Source: Erysipelotrichaceae bacterium
Lineage (GTDB): Bacteria; Bacillota_I; Bacilli_A; Erysipelotrichales; Coprobacillaceae
Reading direction: 5' to 3'
DNA: 32,000 nucleotides
Assembly: GCA_028698185.1 (NCBI GenBank)
Contig: JAQVDW010000002.1
Coordinates: forward strand, 60,001-92,000
Position 1 is the first letter of the stretch, and each line of letters begins with the position of its first letter. The notes below the pieces were generated by a model. The model worked only from the letters and a program-made list of their open reading frames with translations, was not told the origin of the DNA and ran no database searches. Of this stretch, positions 24,467-32,000 are shown piece after piece. The position numbers were made by a program, and so were the translations under genes.

Positions 24467-24623
24467 CTTATTTCTCCTTATATAAATTTACACGTCCATT
24501 TTACTACATTTATATAAAAAATCTAGTTTTTTTTGCTTATTTACAAGCATTAATCGAAATTTTTTCAATATTTCTTCAATATCCTAAAGCGACCTTAGGA
24601 TGATAGCGGATACATCTTTTTCC

Positions 24624-26075
24624 TTAGTAATAACAGATTACCGGGGTGCCGATTTTGGTGTACTCGTACATTTTGGCGGCTTCCGAATATCTCATATTGA
24701 CACAGCCATGGGAACCGTTGTAAGTGTAGATTTTACCGCCAAAGGAGCTGCGATAGGTCGCGTCATGCATTCCGATTCCGCCGTTGAAAGCCATCCAATA
24801 TTTTACCGGAACTTCATAAGGCCACGTTCCATCAGGATTCTGGGTGCCCCGGAGTACCCGATTAAGCTGTTTGTAATAGACATAGTAACACCCCGAAGGA
24901 GTTTTACGCTCCGGGTCACTGGAAAGTCCCGTAACGATTTGGTCTGTCTGGAAGACAATCTTTCCGTTTTGGATCATATAAAGCTTTTGAGCTGAGAGAT
25001 TGATTTCGACATAAGTGTCGCCGATGCCGCTATTTGATTGATAGCCATATCCAAACAGAGCCGGGGTCCGGTTTGTCGTCTCCTGATTGGCAATCATTTC
25101 GAGCAGTTTATTTGTTTCTGTGGTCACCAGGACATATTGCCCCAAGGTACCACCACTGACTGTAATGGTGTTGCCCGCCGCGGTTTTGAACTGGCGGGAA
25201 ATGCCTAGAGTATAGTAATATCTCGTGAACGTCCGGATGAATGCTTTGGCTTTTGTGGCGAATACGCCTTCATCCTTGATCCAGTTACCACTGCCATCCT
25301 GGGTCAGCCATGTCAGCAATGTATTCTGGTCCAGGACAAACTTATGCTCCGAATCCGGCTGATAGGTGATTGAAGCGTTGCAGTATTTTTGGGCAGCTGC
25401 AAGCTTGTTGGCCAGGCTCGAATTGTCTGATTTGATACCAGCCTGTTGGTACAGGTCTGCCGCCAAAACATCGATGCTTTCTTCACCAATCAGATACTGC
25501 TCCTTGACAAGCGCACTCAACTTTGCCACATCGACCACATTGCCCAGCGTCTCTGGCACAATGGTAAACGCGCCACCCACAAAGCTGACATAGGCATCTT
25601 GCGGCGCCTGGTCACCCTTTGTCTGTTGCAGCGATTCGATCGTCGCATCAAGATTAGCTTCGTCGATAGCGACAAAATCACCGCTCGACAGTTCATTTTT
25701 GTCGAAGAGTTCCGCGAACCAGAGCCACGAATTCTGATTATCTATGAACTGGTCGACAAATTCAGGGTTCTTGATTGTCGGTTTGAAGTCTTCCGCATTG
25801 AGCTCGACAGTCGATCCGTCACCGAATGTCAATGTCAGTGTTTGCGACTTTAATTTATCATCGAGCAGTGTGATCACTTCCGCGCTTGTTTTCCCAGAAA
25901 CATCGATCCCCTCAATTGTCGTGTTTTGGAAAAAATGGCTATTGAAATAGAAACCGCCTACGATGTATGTGATCATCATGATTGAAAATATCACCGTCAA
26001 GACAATCATGATTTTGCCTTTGGTCGTCCTCTTGCTTGGCCTTTTCATTTTGGTCATCTTTTCTTCTGTTTCCAA
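24624..26075 (-). CDS. L,D-transpeptidase (YkuD domain) with an N-terminal membrane anchor
   Basis: The C-terminal catalytic motif is GMHDATYRSSFGG..YTYNGSHGCVNM. A basic N-terminus is followed by a single TM helix. The TTG start at 26075 lies 6 nt after a GGGAGGGG RBS. Confidence 0.85.
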   Translation of the reverse strand: METEEKMTKMKRPSKRTTKGKIMIVLTVIFSIMMITYIVGGFYFNSHFFQNTTIEGIDVSGKTSAEVITLLDDKLKSQTLTLTFGDGSTVELNAEDFKPTIKNPEFVDQFIDNQNSWLWFAELFDKNELSSGDFVAIDEANLDATIESLQQTKGDQAPQDAYVSFVGGAFTIVPETLGNVVDVAKLSALVKEQYLIGEESIDVLAADLYQQAGIKSDNSSLANKLAAAQKYCNASITYQPDSEHKFVLDQNTLLTWLTQDGSGNWIKDEGVFATKAKAFIRTFTRYYYTLGISRQFKTAAGNTITVSGGTLGQYVLVTTETNKLLEMIANQETTNRTPALFGYGYQSNSGIGDTYVEINLSAQKLYMIQNGKIVFQTDQIVTGLSSDPERKTPSGCYYVYYKQLNRVLRGTQNPDGTWPYEVPVKYWMAFNGGIGMHDATYRSSFGGKIYTYNGSHGCVNMRYSEAAKMYEYTKIGTPVICYY

Positions 26076-26140
26076 TTTTGGCCCCTCCCTTATTCCACCT
26101 TAATTGCTATTACACATATTCTTATATAAAGATATCAAAT

Positions 26141-26881
26141 TTATACAACAAAATCCATAAAATTCACCTTCGAGAAGTGAAATAAAGTGATTCCGACCGC
26201 CATAGCCAGATTCAAAGAATCGATAGCCTGGGTATGGTTGATGAATATCGACTGACCGTATTCGAGATAAACATCCGGCAAGCCGCTTGATTCATTGCCA
26301 AACACCAGGGAATGGAACTGTTGGGGTGGAGTGACCTGGTGAAGGTTTTTCGCTCCTTTTAGCATCAGCGAAAATACCTGGTTGTCAGGAAACTCGCCGC
26401 GGTACTGTTCAAAGGAATCATAATATTTTATCCGTAAACCGAAAATCGCTCCCATCGAGGCCCTGAGGACCTTGGGATCGAATGTGTCCGCTCCGCTTCC
26501 TACAATTGCCAGATCACGGTAACTAAAACCAGACATAGTCCTGATAATCGTACCGAGATTCCCCATATCGCTTGGGTTAACAAGCACGACGTGATTGGCC
26601 TGGTTCAATTCATCCTGATATTTTTCAAATACCGCCAGAGCCAGACAGTTACCTTTTTTCACCAGGCGGTTGATTGTCTTGTCCGATTCGACAACCTCGA
26701 TATCATGCTGGCTGGCAATCTTCGTTATTATGGCAACACCCTTGTTTTGATAGCTGTTGCTGGCAAGGTAGATGCGGCTGACCAGATCGGGTTTCGCTTT
26801 TAGCAATTCAATCGTTTCAAACACTCCGGTCGTATATGAATAGTCGCTCTCTTTTTGGTAGCTTTTTATTTTCATCATCAT
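26141..26881 (-). CDS. TrmH/SpoU-family RNA 2'-O-methyltransferase
   Basis: SPOUT motifs are present: LVNPSDMGNLGTIIRT, VFGNESSGL and IDSLNLAMAVGI. Three consecutive ATG codons (26873-26881) follow the AGGAG RBS, so the start is ambiguous by 3-6 nt. Confidence 0.8.
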   Translation of the reverse strand: MMMKIKSYQKESDYSYTTGVFETIELLKAKPDLVSRIYLASNSYQNKGVAIITKIASQHDIEVVESDKTINRLVKKGNCLALAVFEKYQDELNQANHVVLVNPSDMGNLGTIIRTMSGFSYRDLAIVGSGADTFDPKVLRASMGAIFGLRIKYYDSFEQYRGEFPDNQVFSLMLKGAKNLHQVTPPQQFHSLVFGNESSGLPDVYLEYGQSIFINHTQAIDSLNLAMAVGITLFHFSKVNFMDFVV

Positions 26882-26931
26882 CTCTCCTATTTTTTATAAA
26901 ACCATGTTATACTAATCGGGAGGTGAATTCA

Positions 26932-27762
26932 ATGAACAATTATCTAGCGTGCCCCAAATGTCACGAACCCCTGTCTCTGGAAAACAGAACTTACCGTTGT
27001 TTAAACAACCACTGTTATGATCTGGCCAAAAGCGGCTACATCAATCTGCTATTGAATCCGGACAAGGCCACAACCAATCCTGGAGACTCAAAAGAGAGCC
27101 TGATCGCCAGAAGAGACTATCTCAACTCCCATCACTATGATTCCATTTTAGACCAAGTCATCCAATTAATCAAAAAATATGCTGGTTCAACCGAACTAAA
27201 TGATTTGAACATACTCGATTTAGGTTGCGGTGAGGGCTATTACACCTATGGCATGTACCAAAGCATCCCGGCCAATATTTCCGGTCTCGATATTTCTAAA
27301 ATCGGGGTCAACATGGCATCCAAATATTCCAAGGATATAACCTGGATTGTCGGCAATTCCAAAAACATACCGATTATCGACCACAGTCTCGATTTCGTGA
27401 CTGCGCTTTTCACTGTCGTCAACCAAAGCGAGCTTGAACGGGTATTGAAGGAAAACGGAAAAATCATCCACGTTACAGCAAACTCAAATCACTTGATCGA
27501 GTTCAAGCAGATGATCTATGATGAAATAATCGAAAAAAGCGACAAATTCATCCGCCTGGACTTGCCGATTGTGGAACAGTATGATTTCACCAAGAAAGAA
27601 CTGATTGAAAATCGCGAGGACGTATTAAACCTTCTCAAGATGACCCCGCACTACTATCATATTTCCACCCATAAACGGCACATTCTTGACGAACTTGACA
27701 GCCTGGAAATTACAATAGATATAAAAATAACTGTTTACGATGCCATGGAATCTTTGTTATAA
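26932..27762 (+). CDS. rlmA: 23S rRNA (guanine-N1)-methyltransferase, RlmA/RrmA family
   Basis: The N-terminal Zn-ribbon reads CPKCHEPL...YRCLNNHCYDLAKSGYINLL. It also contains PGDSKESLIARRDYL and the SAM motif LDLGCGEGYY. The start is the ATG at 26932, preceded by a GGGAGGTG RBS. The ORF-track start at 26836 is an extension. Confidence 0.82.
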   Translation: MNNYLACPKCHEPLSLENRTYRCLNNHCYDLAKSGYINLLLNPDKATTNPGDSKESLIARRDYLNSHHYDSILDQVIQLIKKYAGSTELNDLNILDLGCGEGYYTYGMYQSIPANISGLDISKIGVNMASKYSKDITWIVGNSKNIPIIDHSLDFVTALFTVVNQSELERVLKENGKIIHVTANSNHLIEFKQMIYDEIIEKSDKFIRLDLPIVEQYDFTKKELIENREDVLNLLKMTPHYYHISTHKRHILDELDSLEITIDIKITVYDAMESLL

Positions 27763-27792
27763 TTACAAATATATTATAAAGGAGTTTGGTTT

Positions 27793-28287
27793 ATGTCAGA
27801 TCTTATTAATGCTGCTTTGCCGATAATTATTGGTTTCTTATTGGTTTGGTTTACTTATCTAAATATCAACTACTTCTACACCATTTTCAAGCTAAAGAAA
27901 AGCGAAAAGGAAATGGAACTGTGCAACACCAAATTGGGGATCGTCGTGAATTATGTTGCGTTGGCAGTCTATATTGCGGGCACAATTGCCTCATTGGCTC
28001 TTCTGGTGAATTCATTACTTGGCGGCACTTTCGTTTCCAACGGAACTTTTTATCTGAATATACTGGCGCTGTTGGCAATCTTCGCCAACCAATATTTCAG
28101 CCGGGTGATTTATCTGTCAAAAAAATCACTGATTATCGGACGGATCAAATTTGATTACCGCAAGATCAAAAGGATCGATATCCATCCTACAAAGATGAGT
28201 TTCAATTACGGCCAAAACCATTTGGCTACACGACTCCTGTTTGTCGATGATGAAAAATTGCGGGTAACCCTGAAAAGGAATGCATAG
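27793..28287 (+). CDS. Hypothetical membrane protein (3-4 TM plus a short PH-like C-terminal domain)
   Basis: This is a 164-aa ORF with an AAAGGAG RBS. Hydrophobic helices are followed by KKSLIIGRIKFDYRKIKRIDI. I recognise no family with confidence. Confidence 0.55.
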   Translation: MSDLINAALPIIIGFLLVWFTYLNINYFYTIFKLKKSEKEMELCNTKLGIVVNYVALAVYIAGTIASLALLVNSLLGGTFVSNGTFYLNILALLAIFANQYFSRVIYLSKKSLIIGRIKFDYRKIKRIDIHPTKMSFNYGQNHLATRLLFVDDEKLRVTLKRNA

Positions 28288-28321
28288 AAAAAACCTAACT
28301 TGGAAACTAGTTAGGTTTTTT
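28288..28321. terminator. Bidirectional rho-independent terminator between convergent genes
   Basis: The stem is aaaaaacctaact (28288-28300) paired with agttaggtttttt (28309-28321), with an 8-nt loop. The loop contains the stop codon of the - strand lipid kinase gene, and the last codons of that gene lie in the right arm. Confidence 0.8.
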
Positions 28322-29167
28322 TATTGGGTTCAAAACACGCAAAGGTCCCGCCTGGATGTGCAATGAATATCTGCCTGCCGGATATGTCTCCCCGTCGATA
28401 TTGACCAATCCGCTTGTTTCGATGGTCATGCTTCGATGGTTCGAATGATGATAACAAGAGTCCTTGAGAATCCGGTTGGATGCAAGTTTCAAAAGCTTAA
28501 AAGCCGCCTTGACCTTAGACGCCCCCTGCAAATAACCGATCTCGAAAAGGCCGTCGTCGACCTGGCCGGATGCGATTTGATATCCTCCGCCATAATAACG
28601 TCCGTTGGCGGCAACTCCCAAAACAAATTTTCCGGTTACATGGAAGTCTCCGTCGGCAATGGACGCCTTGAATCCAGAAAAACTAAAAAGCCGCTGCAGC
28701 GTCATTTTCGCGTAAAACAGTCCGCCGGGTAAAAATCTGACGATTCTCTGGTCATGGACATGATTTGCGCAATCGCTGTCTAGCCCAAAGCACATGGTAT
28801 TGGCAACATAAATGTCATTGGCCTGGATAAGATCGATGGCGACAGCTTCCTGTTTCATACATGAACGGATATTTGATTCAAGGTTCCTGGCAATCACAAA
28901 GTTCCTTGCGAAATCATTGCCTGTTCCCCGGGGCACAATCGCCAGTTGCGCTTTCTGGTTTGCCATTGCCTGGATGGCATTATGGATCATCCCGTCGCCG
29001 CCCAATACAAAGATACGGTTGTCATCGGCGCAGTATGGTGCGATCATATCCCTGATCTGCCCTGGGTAATCGGCTTTAAGGACCAAATGGTCGACACCAA
29101 TGGCAACCTTTGAAATAGTTTCAATTGCCTTGATGTCCTGGGATTTTACGACAAATATATGCTTCAT
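28307..29167 (-). CDS. Diacylglycerol kinase-family lipid kinase (DagK/YegS/BmrU type)
   Basis: This 286-aa ORF contains VLGGDGMIHNA and VPRGTGNDFARNF. It starts 3 nt after the upstream methyltransferase gene. Confidence 0.8.
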   Translation of the reverse strand: MKHIFVVKSQDIKAIETISKVAIGVDHLVLKADYPGQIRDMIAPYCADDNRIFVLGGDGMIHNAIQAMANQKAQLAIVPRGTGNDFARNFVIARNLESNIRSCMKQEAVAIDLIQANDIYVANTMCFGLDSDCANHVHDQRIVRFLPGGLFYAKMTLQRLFSFSGFKASIADGDFHVTGKFVLGVAANGRYYGGGYQIASGQVDDGLFEIGYLQGASKVKAAFKLLKLASNRILKDSCYHHSNHRSMTIETSGLVNIDGETYPAGRYSLHIQAGPLRVLNPIKKPN

Positions 29168-29170
29168 AAT

Positions 29171-30109
29171 CTACCTTTCCAATATATAGACTAACCGGGT
29201 GAAAGTTCCGTTGTCGAATTTCTTCACCGTCATCTTCCGCCTTATTTCAATGCCCTGACTCTTGAACCACTCATCGTAATCATCATGAGCTACCAGGATC
29301 AGCTTAGGGGCGATCTTCAAACCGGACAAGATTATTTCTTCCTGTTCCTCCCTGGTAATTGGTGTGTAAAGATTGTATGGCAAATCGATGATTGCCACAT
29401 CTTTTCTAATCTTCAAATCGGAAATTGCCTGGCGGGCGATCAGCTGTCCGTCATAACCAAAGTGTTCCAGATTCAATCTGGCCTTGTATGAGTTGGTTCG
29501 CGAAATGTCAAAGCCCACGATATCGACTCCCTGATTGAGCCCTTCCAATACAACCGCACCCATGCCACAGCAGGGATCGACAACCGTGACACCGGGGTTG
29601 TTGCCGGTTGCCAGGTTGATCAGGGTTTTGCACATCCTCAGATCAAGTCCGTTACAGAAGGTATGGGGCTTATTTAAAAATTTCTTCCACGATTCCTGGC
29701 CGTGACTCAATTCTCCGACGATGTATTCGCCGTTGATAAAAGTGATGCCAATGGTCGACTCAGGATTGTTCATATTGGCGCAACCGCGAATGGCCATGCC
29801 GACCTGGCGGGTCAATTCCAGACTCCTTTGATAGTCAAAGGGACTGCCCTTGTCTTTTAGATAGACCACCTTGTAATCATCGTACGTGACATTTTCTTCC
29901 TTTATATACGACAGCAGGCATTCCAGATTTGGATGGCGGTATATTATTTTCAGTGCGTCCTTGATGTAGACCGAATTGTCGACTGGCACATAAATATCGC
30001 AAAGAAGATTATTGCCCTCATTTTCCCGGTTGAACAGGGCCGCAAACTCCCCTTCAAACAGTTCCCGCTCAAGGTGGGAGCAATTAAAAAAATACAGATA
30101 CTCGCTCAT
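29171..30109 (-). CDS. SAM-dependent methyltransferase, UPF0020/Trm11-like (putative RNA m2G methyltransferase)
   Basis: This 312-aa ORF contains LDLRMCKTLINLA, SAM motif I (VVDPCCGMGAVVLEG) and motif IV (IIDLPYN, a D/N-PPY-like variant). The N-terminal about 130 aa may be THUMP-like. The substrate is unknown. Confidence 0.65.
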   Translation of the reverse strand: MSEYLYFFNCSHLERELFEGEFAALFNRENEGNNLLCDIYVPVDNSVYIKDALKIIYRHPNLECLLSYIKEENVTYDDYKVVYLKDKGSPFDYQRSLELTRQVGMAIRGCANMNNPESTIGITFINGEYIVGELSHGQESWKKFLNKPHTFCNGLDLRMCKTLINLATGNNPGVTVVDPCCGMGAVVLEGLNQGVDIVGFDISRTNSYKARLNLEHFGYDGQLIARQAISDLKIRKDVAIIDLPYNLYTPITREEQEEIILSGLKIAPKLILVAHDDYDEWFKSQGIEIRRKMTVKKFDNGTFTRLVYILER

Positions 30110-30119
30110 TTTTACTCCT

Positions 30120-30144
30120 TAAAAAAAGCCCGGATTTCCAGGCT
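30120..30144 (-). terminator. Rho-independent terminator after the arsR / thioredoxin-like pair
   Basis: The - strand reads AGCCTGG-aaat-CCGGGCT followed by TTTTTTT. The stem is 7 bp including one G-U pair. The U tract runs directly into the AAGGAG RBS of the next gene. Confidence 0.7.
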
Positions 30145-30425
30145 TAACGAATTCCCTTGATAGCAGCAACAATCTCCTCGACTGTCGCGACTTTTCCGGT
30201 AAATAAAATTTTCCCGTCAACCAGTAGCGCCGGAGTTGACATCACTCCAAGTTTGGCGATCTCCACAACGTCTTTGACATGCTCAATCGGCTCGGTGATA
30301 TCCAGCCTCTTCAGGGCTTCCACTGTATTGGCTTCAAGCGCATTGCACTTGGCGCATCCGGTTCCTAGAACCTTGATGTCTGATTTGACTTCCTGCTCAA
30401 TTTTTTTGCTGAATAATTTAATCAT
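30144..30425 (-). CDS. Thioredoxin-fold protein, redox-active disulfide protein 2 type (Thioredoxin_3 / TM0996-like)
   Basis: The core reads KVLGTGCAKCNALE...VMSTPALLVDGK. The start is the ATG at 30425, which overlaps the arsR stop codon as ATGA. The ORF-track start is 30449. Confidence 0.75.
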   Translation of the reverse strand: MIKLFSKKIEQEVKSDIKVLGTGCAKCNALEANTVEALKRLDITEPIEHVKDVVEIAKLGVMSTPALLVDGKILFTGKVATVEEIVAAIKGIR

Positions 30426-30733
30426 TCTTCTTCTCCCGTACAGCCACAAACAGGCAAAGTTTCCTTACTATTACTCGACTCCAGAGTGTCCCCGAATTTT
30501 TTCAACTTCCCGGCACATTCCTGATTGATTGAATAATGGGTCCATTTGCCATCACGCCGGGCGTCAATGACTTGGGCTTCGACCAATATCTTAAGATGAT
30601 GTGACAGGGTCGATTGGACACAAGGGACACTTTCCAAAATCACGCAAGCGCACCTTTCACCTTCTTGTAGAATCTTAACGATTTCCAACCGAGTCGGATC
30701 ACTTAGTGCTTTGAATATTTTTACCATTTCCAT
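30422..30733 (-). CDS. ArsR/SmtB-family metalloregulator
   Basis: The sequence reads FKALSDPTRLEIVKIL, then ERCACVILE in the position of the metal-site CxC, then HTH STLSHHLKIL. The C-terminal tail LPVCGCTGEEE is cysteine-rich. The start is taken as the ATG at 30733 (or 30727) after an AGGTGA RBS. The ORF-track start at 30844 would overlap glxK. Confidence 0.82.
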   Translation of the reverse strand: MEMVKIFKALSDPTRLEIVKILQEGERCACVILESVPCVQSTLSHHLKILVEAQVIDARRDGKWTHYSINQECAGKLKKFGDTLESSNSKETLPVCGCTGEEE

Positions 30734-30749
30734 AATCTCACCTGCTTTC

Positions 30750-30781
30750 AGTCTATCATGAATATCGACAATCGTCAATAT
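30750..30781 (-). promoter_or_regulatory. arsR promoter with an overlapping imperfect 20-bp dyad (candidate ArsR operator)
   Basis: On the - strand the -35 is TTGACG (30773-30778) and the -10 is TAGACT (30750-30755), separated by 17 nt. The dyad ATATcGACaATcGTCaATAT (30762-30781) is 16/20 self-complementary and covers the -35. Confidence 0.5.
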
Positions 30782-30791
30782 AACCTGTTTT

Positions 30792-31913
30792 CTATAACAA
30801 TATTCGGGCAATGTTTTTGCTTGTAAATTCCAAAGCGGCCGCACCGTCTTTTAATGCAGCTTCCAGCGTCTTAGGCTGGTTTGTGATTGAAAATGCGGCC
30901 GTAAGCCCGATCGCGTAAAGATCTTCAAGGTCGAAATCGACTCGTCCTGCCAAGGCGATCAGGGGAATGAGATTTTTTTTGGTCAATTTGGCAATCCCGC
31001 TGATTGTTTTTCCCTGAGCCGTCTGGCTGTCGATGCTTCCCTCCCCGGTAAACACATAATCGGCATCCGCAATCTTGTTCTTGAAATCGGTCAGCTCGAG
31101 GATCAATTCGATGCCCTTTTCCATTTTTGCATTAAGCAGATAGAATGCGCCACCAAGACCGCCTGCAGCTCCAGTAGCCTTGACTTGACCCAGGTTGATG
31201 CCAAGTTCATGGTCAATTATGCCATTGAGATGGATCAGGCAAGTCTCCAGATAGTCAAGCTGTTGGGGGGTTGCCCCTTTCTGGGGACCGAAAACGAAAG
31301 TCGCACCGTTGGGACCGATATACGGATTTTCGACATCGTTGGCAATTACGATTTCGACATTTTTCACAGTTTCCAAAGCACCGCTGAAGTCAATGTGTCG
31401 GATTTTCAGGATGTTCTCGATGGCAAGGGGCAGTTCTTTGCCTTCATCATCGTAAATCTTGGCTCCCAGTCCGACCAGCATACCAAGACCGCCATCGTTG
31501 GTACCGCTGCCACCCAATCCCACTATGATTTTTTCGATCCCACTCTGGCATATATGCCTAAGCAATTGGCCCAATCCATAGGATGTCGCTTGCAACGGGT
31601 TGCGCTGGCTAGGCTCAACCAGATCCAGTCCGACCGCCTTGGCCGATTCGACCACCGCCATTGTCCCTTTGACTAGATAATCACAGCTTATAAGCTGGTT
31701 GTAATGGTTGAATATCTCGAGTTCTAAAACCTGACCGTCGATGACGCTGTTAAGGATCTCCAGGGTCCCCTCGCCCCCGTCAGCAAGAGGGATCAGGACA
31801 GTCTCGATTTCTCCTTGGGCTCCGGTCTTCAGGCCCCGCTCGATTGCTTTGGCCGCGTCCAGGGCGGAGATGCTTTCTTTGAATGAGTCACAGGCAATCA
31901 CTATTTTCTTCAT
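30792..31913 (-). CDS. glxK: Glycerate kinase
   Basis: This 373-aa ORF begins MKKIVIACDSFKESISA and contains PLADGGEGT and a C-terminal ITGEGSID-type motif (FTGEGSIDSQT). Confidence 0.9.
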   Translation of the reverse strand: MKKIVIACDSFKESISALDAAKAIERGLKTGAQGEIETVLIPLADGGEGTLEILNSVIDGQVLELEIFNHYNQLISCDYLVKGTMAVVESAKAVGLDLVEPSQRNPLQATSYGLGQLLRHICQSGIEKIIVGLGGSGTNDGGLGMLVGLGAKIYDDEGKELPLAIENILKIRHIDFSGALETVKNVEIVIANDVENPYIGPNGATFVFGPQKGATPQQLDYLETCLIHLNGIIDHELGINLGQVKATGAAGGLGGAFYLLNAKMEKGIELILELTDFKNKIADADYVFTGEGSIDSQTAQGKTISGIAKLTKKNLIPLIALAGRVDFDLEDLYAIGLTAAFSITNQPKTLEAALKDGAAALEFTSKNIARILL

Positions 31914-31920
31914 AAAATCT

Positions 31921-32000
31921 CCTATCGATTGTTTTTTTGAAAATGTTGGAAAGTCATGATCGCGATCAAGGTCAAACAGGCGAAGACGACAATGGTCCCT
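31921..32000 (-). CDS. 3' end of a membrane (permease-like) protein gene running off the window
   Basis: This ORF is not in the ORF track because it is too short. The - strand frame reads ...GTIVVFACLTLIAIMTFQHFQKNNR*, with the stop codon at 31921-31923. That stop lies 7 nt before the glxK ATG. It looks like a hydrophobic helix plus a basic tail. The family (for example GntP-type) cannot be determined from 26 residues. Confidence 0.4.

Noticed and set aside
24478-24517. 10-bp inverted repeat TTATATAAAT ... ATTTATATAA (20-nt spacer) just upstream of the fba RBS
   Set aside because: The arms consist only of A/T in an extremely AT-rich promoter region. The predicted stem is very weak, and the sequence doubles as -10-like TATAAA elements. 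It is probably a compositional coincidence. I kept it only as a note.
24581-24601. Hairpin atcctaa-agcgacc-ttaggat downstream of the L,D-transpeptidase gene
   Set aside because: It has a 7-bp stem but no U tract on either strand, so I cannot call it an intrinsic terminator. It could be an RNA-stability element or nothing.

Overview
This looks like a chromosomal, mostly housekeeping segment of a low to moderate GC anaerobic Firmicute-type genome. The gene content resembles Erysipelotrichia or Clostridia, but that taxon is only a guess. I call about 33 protein genes, most on the - strand. I saw no rRNA or tRNA genes, no CRISPR array, and no transposase, integrase or phage genes.

Content in order:
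- desulfoferrodoxin
- GH4 6-phospho-beta-glucosidase plus an MFS transporter
- a small membrane protein
- an aconitase / isocitrate dehydrogenase / GntR(FCD) operon
- an ABC-F ATPase
- Bcp peroxiredoxin
- GH1 6-phospho-beta-glucosidase
- type III glutamine synthetase
- a PH-like membrane protein
- an orphan PTS EIIC of the cellobiose/lactose family
- two tandem GntR/HutC regulators
- YfcE phosphodiesterase, a GyrI-like protein and cyclophilin
- an orphan SWIM-like zinc-finger protein, RlmH and a YycJ-like MBL hydrolase
- L31, MurA and class II aldolase
- an L,D-transpeptidase
- a TrmH-family and an RlmA-family rRNA methyltransferase
- a membrane protein
- a DAG-kinase-family lipid kinase and a Trm11/UPF0020-like methyltransferase
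- a translationally coupled ArsR / thioredoxin-like pair
- glycerate kinase, then the 3' end of a permease-like gene

Several ORF-track starts are over-extended. I corrected them using Shine-Dalgarno spacing.

I do not see a multi-gene novel system of the defence-island, toxin or mobile-element type, and I say so plainly. The most interesting signals are regulatory:
- An exact 10-bp palindrome, TTGTATACAA, wraps the promoter of the aconitase-IDH-GntR operon and also sits on the promoter of the unlinked type III glutamine synthetase gene.
- The tandem HutC paralogues and the orphan EIIC share a 13-mer in their upstream regions.
- A 19-bp inverted repeat overlaps both a terminator and a Shine-Dalgarno sequence.
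- An uncharacterised SWIM-like protein is embedded in the yycJ-rlmH operon.

All protein calls rest on motif and family recognition by eye. No database search was possible.
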